Below are positions 36,701 through 46,625 of a stretch of DNA of 64,000 nt, piece after piece (the first letter of the stretch is position 1; each line of letters opens with the position of its first letter). The notes under the pieces were generated by a model that had not been told where the DNA came from, made no database searches, and was given only the letters and a program-made list of their open reading frames with translations. The position numbers were made by a program, and so were the translations under genes. The stretch is from an uncultured Rivularia sp. (GTDB lineage: Bacteria > Cyanobacteriota > Cyanobacteriia > Cyanobacteriales > Nostocaceae), in contig OY762007.1 in NCBI GenBank assembly GCA_963665115.1, positions 1,216,001 through 1,280,000 on the forward strand. Reading direction: 5' to 3'.

Positions 36701-36803
36701 TACAACAGTTCTAGAATTTTTTAAAAATGGACAAAGATTAACGCCACCAATCTCAAACGACTCGTTAATTCCACCACCGCCACCATTGCTACCATCTTTT
36801 TAA
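30734..36803 (+). CDS. CHAT - STAND (nSTAND1-type) NTPase - TM - WD40 - TPR-like protein; apparent frameshift at ~32373
   Basis: FYSGHS and FNSCDGLG (CHAT dyad); CPYQGLSAF; Walker A GASGSGKSS. Walker B VLIADQFEELY is restored by removing one C. LPLLEF, many WD40 repeats and five ~60-aa C-terminal repeats follow. Confidence 0.85.
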
Positions 36804-37201
36804 TAAGGGTTTGAACGCCAAAACCATAAAAAAGCTAAAGATGTTAGTAAAAAAGGTTTATTTTGCTTATACAGCATATGTTACAAGTTTTAGGCGATGA
36901 CTTTTAGCATAGTAAGTACTGAAGAGCCACTAATTTAGTTAATAGCGCTGTAATGCTTCTATATGGTGTTTAAAGCGTTTTCTCTATCGTGAAAGGATTT
37001 TAATTGATAAGCAACTATGATTTATCTCCAATAAGTCATTACCCACACCACAAGTTCATAAAATTGTATAGGTAAATTTATCCAAAACTATTAACTATCA
37101 GAAGCATTACAACTGGTGCTTTATTGATGGAATGAAGACTTAATTATTATGACTTTGTTCCCGTAGTTAAAGTAAAAAATATACTAAATTACTAGCAGTT
37201 T

Positions 37202-38341
37202 ATGAGTTCTTTTAAACAAGAAGATGAATATCAACTAGGAGGAAGTCTACCCGAAGAAGCTCCTAGTTACGTAGTAAGAAAAGCCGATTTTGACTTTTAT
37301 CAAGGTTTAAAAGAGCGAATGCTTTGCTACGTATTGAATTCCCGACAAATGGGAAAATCTAGTTTACAGGTGCGAACAATGTCAAAGCTTGAAAGAGAAG
37401 GTTTTGCTTGCGTTGCATTTGATATGACGGAGCTTTGCGTTAATCAAGTCACTGAAGATGAATTCTATAGTGGATTTGTTAGTCATTTAGCGAGCGAATT
37501 AAATTTAGATATTGATTTACAAAACTGGTGGTACGAACACAGCTTTATTCAACCATCTTTACGGTTAAGTAAATTTGTTGAAGAAGTGCTATTACAACTT
37601 CCACAAGATATTGTCATATTTATAGATGAAATTGATATCCTTCTAAATTTCAACTTTAAAAATGATTTTATGGCTTTTATTCGCTCTTGCTATCACAAAA
37701 GGATTGAAAAACGCTCCCTAAATCGTCTTACTTTCGCTCTATTGGGAACTGCAACTCTAGAAGAGTTATTTCAAGATAAAAATTATATAAATGATACATA
37801 TTTTCAGATCCAACATCGAGCGATAGAATTAACGGGTTTTCAGCTTCATGAAGTAGAGCCATTACAAAAATCATTAACTACAGTAGCCGATAATCCATCA
37901 CTGGTAATGCAAGAAATCCTTTTATGGACGGGAGGACAGGCGTTTTTAACTCAATGGGTTTGTCAGCTAATTTCTACTTCCGGGTTGCGGATATTTGAAG
38001 GGGAAGAAGCGAAAAGTGTTTCTTGGATTGTGCGATCGCGCATTATCGAAAATTGGTTATTACAGGATAATCAACAACATTTTTATACTATTAAAGACCG
38101 CATTATCAACAATAAAATACCTGCTTATAAATTATTGCAGCTGTATCAAAAAATTTTGCACTATGGAAATATTTCTGCTGATGATAGTCCTGAAGTTTTG
38201 CAATTATACTTGTCGGGTTTGGTGAAAGAGCATGATGGTAAGTTAGAAATTTATAACCGCATTTATAAATCGGTTTTTGATGATACTTGGGTAGCGAAAG
38301 AGCTACAGGTTTTATATCAGAGTGTAGAAAGTTTTTTTTGA
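37202..38341 (+). CDS. AAA-like (AAA_35) domain protein, stand-alone
   Basis: YQLGGSL...YVVRKAD, NSRQMGKSSL, IFIDEID, WTGGQAFLTQ, NRIYKSVFD. Confidence 0.8.
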   Translation: MSSFKQEDEYQLGGSLPEEAPSYVVRKADFDFYQGLKERMLCYVLNSRQMGKSSLQVRTMSKLEREGFACVAFDMTELCVNQVTEDEFYSGFVSHLASELNLDIDLQNWWYEHSFIQPSLRLSKFVEEVLLQLPQDIVIFIDEIDILLNFNFKNDFMAFIRSCYHKRIEKRSLNRLTFALLGTATLEELFQDKNYINDTYFQIQHRAIELTGFQLHEVEPLQKSLTTVADNPSLVMQEILLWTGGQAFLTQWVCQLISTSGLRIFEGEEAKSVSWIVRSRIIENWLLQDNQQHFYTIKDRIINNKIPAYKLLQLYQKILHYGNISADDSPEVLQLYLSGLVKEHDGKLEIYNRIYKSVFDDTWVAKELQVLYQSVESFF

Positions 38342-38476
38342 GAGAAATTTGATATTAACCGATTAAAGCTTCATCTACTCACAACATCCGAAATTATCAA
38401 AATTAAAAATAATAAAAATTAGTTTGTAGTAAGCGCTTACTACAAACTAATCAATTTTACGTTGGCTTATCTAATC

Positions 38477-39233
38477 TTAGTTATTCCAAGGAATCGCATT
38501 CGGTTGGTCGTTAATATTGACCCCAATAGCGAGGGGGGTTTAAATTACCTTCGACTTCTGCCCAAAAACTCCATCCTGCGTTTCTACCGTTGCCATCATG
38601 GAATTCTGCCATACGAAAGCCTCTTTTACCATAAGTTCTGAGTCCTACTCGGTTACACATTCTATCTGCAACTGCTTGAGACGTTAATTTCCTACCTTGA
38701 ACATTTGGAATTGTAAACACCGTACCACCAGACCAAGAATTTTTAGTTGCACCACCAGGTGTTATTTGAGATGGTGGTAGACCTGCTGGTGCTGGAGCGC
38801 CAGTCTTTCTGATACATAATAAAGAGCGATATGCATTTATACTAGTATCGCCAGTGTAAGGGTTGGTACTACCAGGCTTTCCATAATCTGCACCAAATAA
38901 AACGTAGGTTTTGGAGCCGAGAGTTAAAGGGCTTCCTTTGATTGTCCAAGTCATAGCCTTACCGTTGCCTGAAATAGGACGTGGAGGAATAGGAATAGGG
39001 CGTGGAGGAATGCCAGGGTAGGTCGGTCTTATTCTACGGCTATCAGTATTTTGAGCAAGTATAACTTTATTTGACATCAGTGCATCTGTCTTATTCAACC
39101 TAGATAAACTTTGAGAAGTTTGTGCTTTGCTTGGAGTCGCAGCAATAGTTGAATTAGCACCAATAAATGGTGTTAAAACGGTACCAAATGCAAATAATGC
39201 GATTAATTTTGATTTGATTGAAGATGCAAACAT
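38477..39233 (-). CDS. Secreted hypothetical protein; apparent frameshift at ~38522
   Basis: Signal peptide, Pro-rich linker, NPYTGDT, RMAEFHDG. Removing one base gives YWVNINDQPNAIPWNN stop. Confidence 0.7.
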
Positions 39234-39362
39234 ATTAATTGTCCTTGTTGTTAGGGTGTGAAATTGTACATAAATATCCAGCTAGATAAAAGTTAGGTCA
39301 TGTTATTTAACTCTTATCTAGCGTTAAGATGAAGGCTAGTTTTGACTCTTATTGAATTGTTT

Positions 39363-39950
39363 TTAAAAGAAAATTGTAAGAGTTTTAATTACACCTTGTC
39401 CTTGTGGAGAACTTATCCAATCCAAGACTCTGCCTCTGGGAGTATGTTCTTGAACTATCGCATAGCCGCCGATTCTACTAAGAATCTCTGGTGGAACTTT
39501 TGCTTGCCAGTTTACAGTACGATTACTTTTTCCAATCCATTTACCATCTACACCATATCGCTGTTGCTGGGTACTCCAGATAGCATTTCCAGATTTATCA
39601 GTAAATGCGATTAAAACTCCACCAGTAAAACCACTTGTTTTCCGACTAGTCCAGGTTTTAGTTCTAGCATTTAGGTTTCCATTTGAGTCTAAGTCGAATA
39701 AGGTTTCCATATATCCTCTTCTGACTACTTTATTTTTTCGCGTTCCTTGTATGGGGAAAGTTACGTTTTGTGCTTGTGCTATAGTTATGCTTTTTTCCGG
39801 AGTTGATGAAAGAATTGAAGCATGATTTACTTCAGACTTCGACAGAGCGTTAGCGGGCATAATAGTTGCTGCAAATGGCATAGCCGAACTTAACAAAACA
39901 GTAGCGATAGCTAAATTATTGGCGATTGTCTTTTTAAGATTAGTTGTCAT
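39363..39950 (-). CDS. Secreted hypothetical protein
   Basis: Signal peptide ending PANA, beta-rich domain, 195 aa. Confidence 0.7.
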   Translation of the reverse strand: MTTNLKKTIANNLAIATVLLSSAMPFAATIMPANALSKSEVNHASILSSTPEKSITIAQAQNVTFPIQGTRKNKVVRRGYMETLFDLDSNGNLNARTKTWTSRKTSGFTGGVLIAFTDKSGNAIWSTQQQRYGVDGKWIGKSNRTVNWQAKVPPEILSRIGGYAIVQEHTPRGRVLDWISSPQGQGVIKTLTIFF

Positions 39951-40259
39951 TTTATTTTCTTGTTTGTTTGACTTTAATTTGTGTTTTGATGAAAGCGTTT
40001 CGTTTGATTCGCTTTCCTCTTCATGTACCTATACTCACAGATTATTTATTAATAGTCAGCCGGAAAAAAACAGGTTATTGATTTGTATTTCAAAAAACAA
40101 TTTATGATGATAAAACCGGAAAAAATCGGCAACAAATAAAGTTCCGGAAAAAATCCGGTTTTTTCCAGTTATTTATCCAGATGTCTATGGTGGGTGCGAT
40201 AATAATGTTAATAATTTATTGTAAGAACAGGGAACATTCGTTCTTATATTTGTTGGGAG

Positions 40260-41616
40260 TTGCTAAGATCCATGAAATCCGAATCAGAATTAACCTGGAA
40301 GCAAACACAAAATCTAGTAGATGATTTAGTTTTCCAAGTCACCAAAAAACACCTTGGTGCTTCAGAAGTACAGGTACTGCATGGAGCCTGGTATGGGAAA
40401 ACTTATGAAACTATTGCATCCGAATCTTTTCTCGCGGTTAAGTATATTGGTGAAGTTGGTGGCAGATTATGGAGTAACCTTTCTGAAGCATTAGGAGAAG
40501 AAGTTAAAAAAACTAATTTTCGTCAAGCACTACAGCGACAATGGGAAAAACAAGCGGAGCATAACGGGAATACACCCAAAATCTCAGAAATACAACCATT
40601 AATAAACGAATTTACTGAAGAAACCATTAATTGAACGTCCGAACATTGAATCTTACTGTTATGAGCAAATATCCAAACCGGGTGTATTGCTGCGAATTCA
40701 TGCACCATTGCAGTTTGGAAAAACAGAACTAATGTCACGAGTAGTGAAACATAGCGTAAAACTTCAATACCGCACGGTAGTTTTAAATCTGCGAGATGCA
40801 GTAACTGAAGATTTTCAGAGTTTGGATAACTTTTTGCAGTGGTTGATTATTAGTATTAGCGAAATCTTAGAGATAGAGCAATCTGTGGAAGAACATTGGG
40901 CTAAAAGCTTGGGTAACTGTAAGATAAAAAGCCGAACTTACTTTGAAAAGTATATTTTACCTGGTGATAGTCCTATTACTATTACTTTAGATGAAGTAGA
41001 TAAATTATTTCCACATGAAGAAATAGCAGGAGATTTTTTAGGAACGCTACGAACTTGGCATGAATACGCAAAAACTAAACCTCTTTGGCAGCAATTACGA
41101 TTATTAATATTACATAGACAAGTTTATAATCAAATAAATATTAATCAATCACCCTTTAATACCGGAACCGAAATTAAATTAATAGATTTTACTAGCGAAC
41201 AAGTGGAATCTTTAGCAAAGAAATATAAATTAAACTGGGGAAACACTCAAGTTGAACAGCTAATGGCAATGGTGGGAGGACATCCATATTTAATAAAAAA
41301 AGCCATAGAGGTAATATCGCGCCAGGATATAACTTTAGAAAACTTATTGAAGTCTGCACCTACAGCTTCTGGGTTTTATCGGACTCATTTAGAAAGACAT
41401 TTACGTTACTTACAATCAAATACTGCACTCTTAGATATTTTTAAAGAAATTGTATTGTCAGATAGTCCCATTCAAATCAATACAGATATCTCATTAGATG
41501 ATGCAGTCAAATTATATGATTGTGGATTAGTAGAGCTTTCAAATAATAGTGTAGCGCCACGCTATCAAATTTATAGTTTATATTTTCAAGAAAGGTTAGC
41601 GAGTTGCCATTCTTGA
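40260..41616 (+). CDS. N-terminal HTH + AAA_35 protein; apparent frameshift at ~40622
   Basis: VLHGAWYGKTYETIA...LWSNLSEALGEEVKKTNFR HTH. Removing one A gives EPLIERPNIESYCYEQISKPGVLLRIHAPLQFGKT; also LDEVD and GGHPYL. Confidence 0.8.
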
Positions 41617-41967
41617 ATTAACGGAGCTTGCGATCGCCATTTTATAGAACTTCTGCTGGTATTTTTATCAAAAAAATGAAGAATTAAATCTTGTAAAATA
41701 GCGTATTGTTGGGTACAGCCACAACCGAATTCATGCGGTGCGAGACATTGCCATAACCCCTGTTATACTCCGCTCACGCAAGAAAGCGCCGAAGGAATTT
41801 CTTAATTTTTGCAAGTTTTTTTAGGTGGGCAAACCTCTACCGTAATTGCATACCTCATTAAATAGATATAGCAGCTGAGTTTCTAGAAGTTTAATAACGG
41901 GACTTAGTATCGGTTACGACCAAAACCTTCATAGTTCGCCTCGGTGAATCAATTGCAATTTTACTTT

Positions 41968-42000
41968 CTTCATGGGTTATTCACAATGTTTACCTACCCT
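41968..42000 (+). promoter_or_regulatory. Third copy of the putative far-red promoter, upstream of the RfpC-like gene
   Basis: CTTCA-TGGGTT-ATTCA-N11-TACCCT. Confidence 0.55.
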
Positions 42001-42064
42001 ACAAGAGAAAGCTGGCTTGCAAAACATAGCCAGCCCAAACTTGTTAGTAAGGTAAATGTAAATT

Positions 42065-42451
42065 GTGAACCACCGACGTATTTTACTTATTATTGAGAAT
42101 GAAGATGCTCTACAGGAAGTGACTCAGCTTTGCTTAGAGACAACAGCAGGTTGGGAAGTTGTAACAACAGGGTCGGTAAATGAAGCTATTGTCAAAGCTA
42201 CAACTAAACGGGTTGATGCAATTCTTCTCAATTTGAATGAAATTACATTTGATTTTGACTGGAATAGTATATTGCAATTGCACAATAACCCGACAACTCA
42301 GCAAATCCCGATAATTTTATTAACTTCTACAGAGCAGTATAAACAATTGCCTCAATTAAGTAAAGTTGGAGTAACCGCAGCGATTATCAAGCCTTTTGAT
42401 TTGTCAACTATTACTAGAGAAATCGCGGCTGTATTAGGCTGGGAATATTAA
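42065..42451 (+). CDS. RfpC-like pseudo-receiver protein
   Basis: CheY fold similar to rfpC (TQLCLE..GWEV, NPTTQQIPIILLT, KPFD) but ENE replaces DDD and DAILLN replaces DAILLD. Confidence 0.8.
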   Translation: MNHRRILLIIENEDALQEVTQLCLETTAGWEVVTTGSVNEAIVKATTKRVDAILLNLNEITFDFDWNSILQLHNNPTTQQIPIILLTSTEQYKQLPQLSKVGVTAAIIKPFDLSTITREIAAVLGWEY

Positions 42452-42452
42452 A

Positions 42453-42515
42453 ATTGTAAGCTTTTGTAAATATAACCTTCCTCTTCATAAGTTCTTCAGA
42501 ACTTTTTTTTATTCT
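42453..42515 (+). promoter_or_regulatory. Putative chlF far-red promoter with an upstream HLR1-like site
   Basis: TTTTGTAAA-N12-CTTCA-TAAGTT-CTTCA-N11-TATTCT. Reverse strand 42453-42470 reads TTTACAAA-AG-CTTACAAT. Confidence 0.7.
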
Positions 42516-42740
42516 CCATTTAGAGCAACTAAGTTAATGAGTTACACAATTAGAGATTTTGAAGTTTATCCCATTGGTAACTCTGAAATAGATGCGAAAG
42601 CTGATTGATTTATATGGAGTCGATAATAAAATTTGATGATGTTGATAGGAGATATATTTTCTCAATTTTTTGATTACATTTGCAACAAATTTCAATACTC
42701 CCTGCGGAACTCTACCTTTGACTAAGGAGCCATTAATTAA

Positions 42741-43832
42741 ATGGTACAGTCTGAATTACAACGTACAATTACGACCTCAACCGATAGCGATTTGGTTGTT
42801 AAACCCACCTCTCAAAGTAATGTTGTAGAAAGAAGCGATTATTCCCAGGTATGGGAAAGATTCTGTCAATGGGTAACTAGTACCGATAATCGTCTTTATA
42901 TTGGCTGGTTTGGACTGGTGATGATACCTACTCTTTCCATAGCAGCTATCGTTTTTATAATTGCCTTTATTGCTGCTCCTCCCGTAGATATGGGTGGTTT
43001 GGGAGAACCAATTTCTGGTTCTTTACTTGATGGTAATAATATTATTACTGCTGCTGTTGTTCCCACTTCGGCGGCGATTGGACTGCACTTCTATCCGATT
43101 TGGGCAGCGGCTTCTTTTGATGAATGGCTGTGCAACGGAGGTCCATATCAGCTGATTGTGCTGCATTTTTTGATTGGTATTTATTGCTATCAAGATAGAG
43201 AATGGGAGTTAAGCTATCGTTTGGGGATGCGTCCTTGGATTAGTTTAGCTTTCTCTGCTCCAGTCAGTGCCACAGCCGCAGTACTATTAGTTTATCCAAT
43301 TGGACAAGGAGGTTTTTGTGAGGGAATGCCTTTAGGAATTTCGGGGACTTTCTATTTCATGCTGAAGCTACAAGCCGAACATAATTTTCTGATGAATCCA
43401 TTTCACATGATTGGAGTAGTTGGAGTTTTGGGAGGAGCATTCTTGAGCGCTATGCATGGTTCCTTGGTAACTTCGACTCTGATTCACAAATCCAGCAAAC
43501 ATGGTCATAAAAAACAAGCTTACGATTTTATGGCAGTTCACAATTATTTGGGAAGACTTGCGTGGTATCGCTTGAGTTTCACAAATAAGCGTAATTTGCA
43601 CTTGTTATTAGCAGTTGTGCCGGTGGTAGGGATTTGGTCTGCTGCCTTGGGTGTCGTCTCTATGGCATTCAACATTAATGGCTTGAATTTTAATCGGCAT
43701 ATACACGATAACCAAGAGTACGTAATTAATACCTGGGCAGACTCGATTAGCTGGGCCGACTTAGGAATAAAAGTAATGAACGAAGGCAAAATTCACTCTT
43801 TTCCCTTAGATTTATCATCTGGTAATTGGTAA
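42741..43832 (+). CDS. chlF: Chlorophyll f synthase (super-rogue D1, PsbA4)
   Basis: D1 homolog with the QD signature (YQDREWEL) and altered Mn-cluster region ([24 protein letters not shown]). DE loop is 9 aa shorter than in PsbA3. Confidence 0.93.
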   Translation: MVQSELQRTITTSTDSDLVVKPTSQSNVVERSDYSQVWERFCQWVTSTDNRLYIGWFGLVMIPTLSIAAIVFIIAFIAAPPVDMGGLGEPISGSLLDGNNIITAAVVPTSAAIGLHFYPIWAAASFDEWLCNGGPYQLIVLHFLIGIYCYQDREWELSYRLGMRPWISLAFSAPVSATAAVLLVYPIGQGGFCEGMPLGISGTFYFMLKLQAEHNFLMNPFHMIGVVGVLGGAFLSAMHGSLVTSTLIHKSSKHGHKKQAYDFMAVHNYLGRLAWYRLSFTNKRNLHLLLAVVPVVGIWSAALGVVSMAFNINGLNFNRHIHDNQEYVINTWADSISWADLGIKVMNEGKIHSFPLDLSSGNW

Positions 43833-43887
43833 TTGGTAGTTGGGCATTGGGGATGGGTAATTGGGCATCGGGAATTAGGAATATTAT

Positions 43888-43977
43888 CTACCCCTTCTAC
43901 CCCCTCTACCCCCTCTACCCCTTCTACCCCCTCTACCCCCTCTACCCCCTCTACCCCCTCTACCCCTTCTACCCCCT
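43888..43977. repeat. 9-bp tandem repeat CTACCCC(C/T)T x ~10, flanked by heptamer repeats
   Basis: Seen directly between chlF and psaA2. Confidence 0.9.
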
Positions 43978-44035
43978 CTCTCCTTGTCCCAATTCCCAAT
44001 CCCCCTTGCCATATTTGAAAAAGGAGATAATTATA

Positions 44036-46404
44036 ATGACAATAACTCCAGAGCGAGAGCAAAAAGTAAAGGTAGTAGTTGACAAAGATCCGGTGCCTAC
44101 TTCTTTTGAGAAGTGGTCGAAACCAGGACACTTCGATCGCTCTCTTACTAGAGGTCCTAAAACCACAACTTGGATTTGGAATCTGCACGCCCTGGCTCAT
44201 GATTTCGATACTCATACCAGTGACTTGGAAGATGTATCTCGCAAAATCTTCGCTGCTCACTTTGGACATTTAGCAGTGATTTTCATCTGGTTGAGCGGGA
44301 TGTATTATCACGGGGCAAGGTTTTCCAATTTTGAATCTTGGATGACTAACCCCACTGGAATTAAACCAAGCGCTCAAATAGTCTGGCCAATATTTGGTCA
44401 AGATATTTTGAATGCCGATATGGGTGATGGCTTCCACGGTATTCAAATTACTTCTGGACTTTTCCAATTGTGGCGGGGTGCTGGATTTACTAATACTTTC
44501 CAGCTTTACTGCACGGCAATTGGAGCGTTAGTAATGGCAGCACTAATGCTGTTTGCTGGCTGGTTCCACTATCACAAACGCGCTCCTAAACTGGAATGGT
44601 TTCAGAATGTGGAGTCGATGTTAAATCACCACTTAGCTGGACTTCTAGGTTTAGGTTCGTTGGGTTGGTGCGGACACCTGATTCATGTTTCTTTACCCAC
44701 TAACAAGCTGTTGGATGCTGGGGTGGCTCTTAAGGATATTCCTTTACCTCACGAGTTCATTTTGAATTCCAGTTTAATGGGAAGATTATATCCCAGTGTT
44801 AATTGGGGTTTTATGAGTGGAGTAGTACCATTTTTTACTCTGAATTGGGATCGATACAAAGACTTTCTGACATTCAACGGCGGTCTAAACCCTACTACTG
44901 GTGGCTTGTGGTTAACAGATATAGCGCACCATCACCTAGCTATAGCTGTAATGTTTATTTTTGCGGGTCATATGTACCGCACTAACTGGGGCATTGGTCA
45001 TAACATCAAGCTTATGCTCGATGACCTGAGAAGTCCTAATATGCTGCCATTTTTGAGCTTTATTGGTCCTAGAGGTCATAAAGGTCTTTATGAAGTCCTG
45101 ACAACTTCCTGGCACGCTCAACTATCAGTCAATTTGGCGATGATGGGTTCTCTGAGTATGATCGTTGCCCATCATATGTATGCAATGCCGCCCTATCCTT
45201 ACCTGGCAACAGACTATGCCACAGTTTTATCTTTGTTCACTCACCATATATGGATTGGAGGTTTTCTGATAGTCGGTGCTGCGGCTCATGGTGCGATTTA
45301 TATGGTGCGCGACTACGACCCAGAAGTTAATTATAATAACGTACTCGATCGCGTAATTCGACACCGAGACGCAATTGTTTCTCACCTAGCTTGGGTGTGT
45401 CAATTCCTCGGCTTTCACAGCTTTGCAATGTATTGTCACAACGACACAATGCGGGCTTTTGGTCGTCCCCAGGATATGTTTTCGGATACGGGAATTCAAT
45501 TACAGCCCGTTTTTGCTCAGTGGATACAGCATATTCACACAATGGCAATTGGAAATCTAGGATTGCAAGCGGCTACACCTTTAGGCAATATGTTTGGGGG
45601 CTTAAGCAATTTACAAACCTCTGGACTGGGAATGACGGCTCCAAGTTTACACGAGCCTGTTAGCTATGCCTTTGGAGGCGGTATTCTTGCAGTGGCTGGT
45701 AAAGTGGCAATGATGCCTATTCCTCTGGGAACGGCTGATTTCTTAATTCACCACATCCATGCTTTTACAATTCACGTCACGGTACTAGTTCTGCTCAAGG
45801 GTGTACTATTTGCTCGCAGTTCCCGCTTAATTCCAGATAAAGCAAACCTCGGTTTCCGCTTCCCTTGCGATGGGGCCCTGGTCGTGGCGGTACTTGTCAG
45901 GTATCTGCTTGGGACCATGTATTCTTAGGACTGTTCTGGATGTATAATTCCCTGTCGATGGTAATTTTCCACTTCTTTTGGAAGATGCAGTCGGATGTCT
46001 GGGGGACGGTTGATGGTAATGGGGTAGTTACTCACATTACTGGTGGAAACTTTGCGATGTCATCGATTACGAATAACGGCTGGTTGCGGGACTTTCTCTG
46101 GGCGCAATCTTCCCAAGTAATCAATTCCTACAATAGTGCGCTTTCTGGATACGGGTTAATGTTCTTAGCCGGACACTTCGTTTTTGGCTTCAGTTTGATG
46201 TTCCTATTTAGCGGTCGTGGCTACTGGCAAGAACTGATTGAATCCATTGTTTGGGCGCACAACAAGTTAAAAATTACCACAGCGATTCAGCCCCGTGCTT
46301 TGAGCATTGTTCAAGGTCGGGCTGTGGGTGCTGCTCACTATCTCTTGGGAGGAATTGTTACTACTTGGGCATTCTTCCTAGCACGAATGAGCGCACTTGG
46401 TTGA
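44036..46404 (+). CDS. psaA2: Photosystem I PsaA, far-red paralog; apparent frameshift at ~45873
   Basis: Start MTITPERE after AAGGAG; lumenal insertion [14 protein letters not shown].... The FX motif [12 protein letters not shown] is restored by removing two bases in GGGGCCC. Confidence 0.93.
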
Positions 46405-46453
46405 AGAAACATCAAAACTCTTGTTCGACTCTCGTACTCTCACTCTCGTGACT

Positions 46454-46558
46454 CTCGTTACTAGGCAGAGCCTAGTAATGGATAAAGGGAGGCTCTGCCT
46501 CCTGAGATGGAAGGCAGAGCCTTTAGATATGCATTCCCTGGCAGAGCCAGGGAACGAG
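46454..46558. repeat. Dispersed palindromic element
   Basis: ctcgttactaggcagagcctagtaatg ... gcattccctggcagagccagggaacgag, with three GGCAGAGCC cores on the + strand and one inverted. Confidence 0.7.
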
Positions 46559-46625
46559 GAGCGCAAAAACGAAAAAACCAACCTAGAATTCATAATTTTC
46601 CCTTACTCAAAAACAATGAAAGTTT

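Noticed and set aside
42537..42608. 23-codon uORF in the chlF leader
   Set aside because: No RBS, no recognisable motif, and compatible with chance.
43826..44035. 70-aa N-terminal extension of PsaA2 (YPLYPL repeats) and overlapping EGV/PST ORFs
   Set aside because: These are translations of the intergenic 9-bp and heptamer repeats. The real start is ATG 44036 after AAGGAG.
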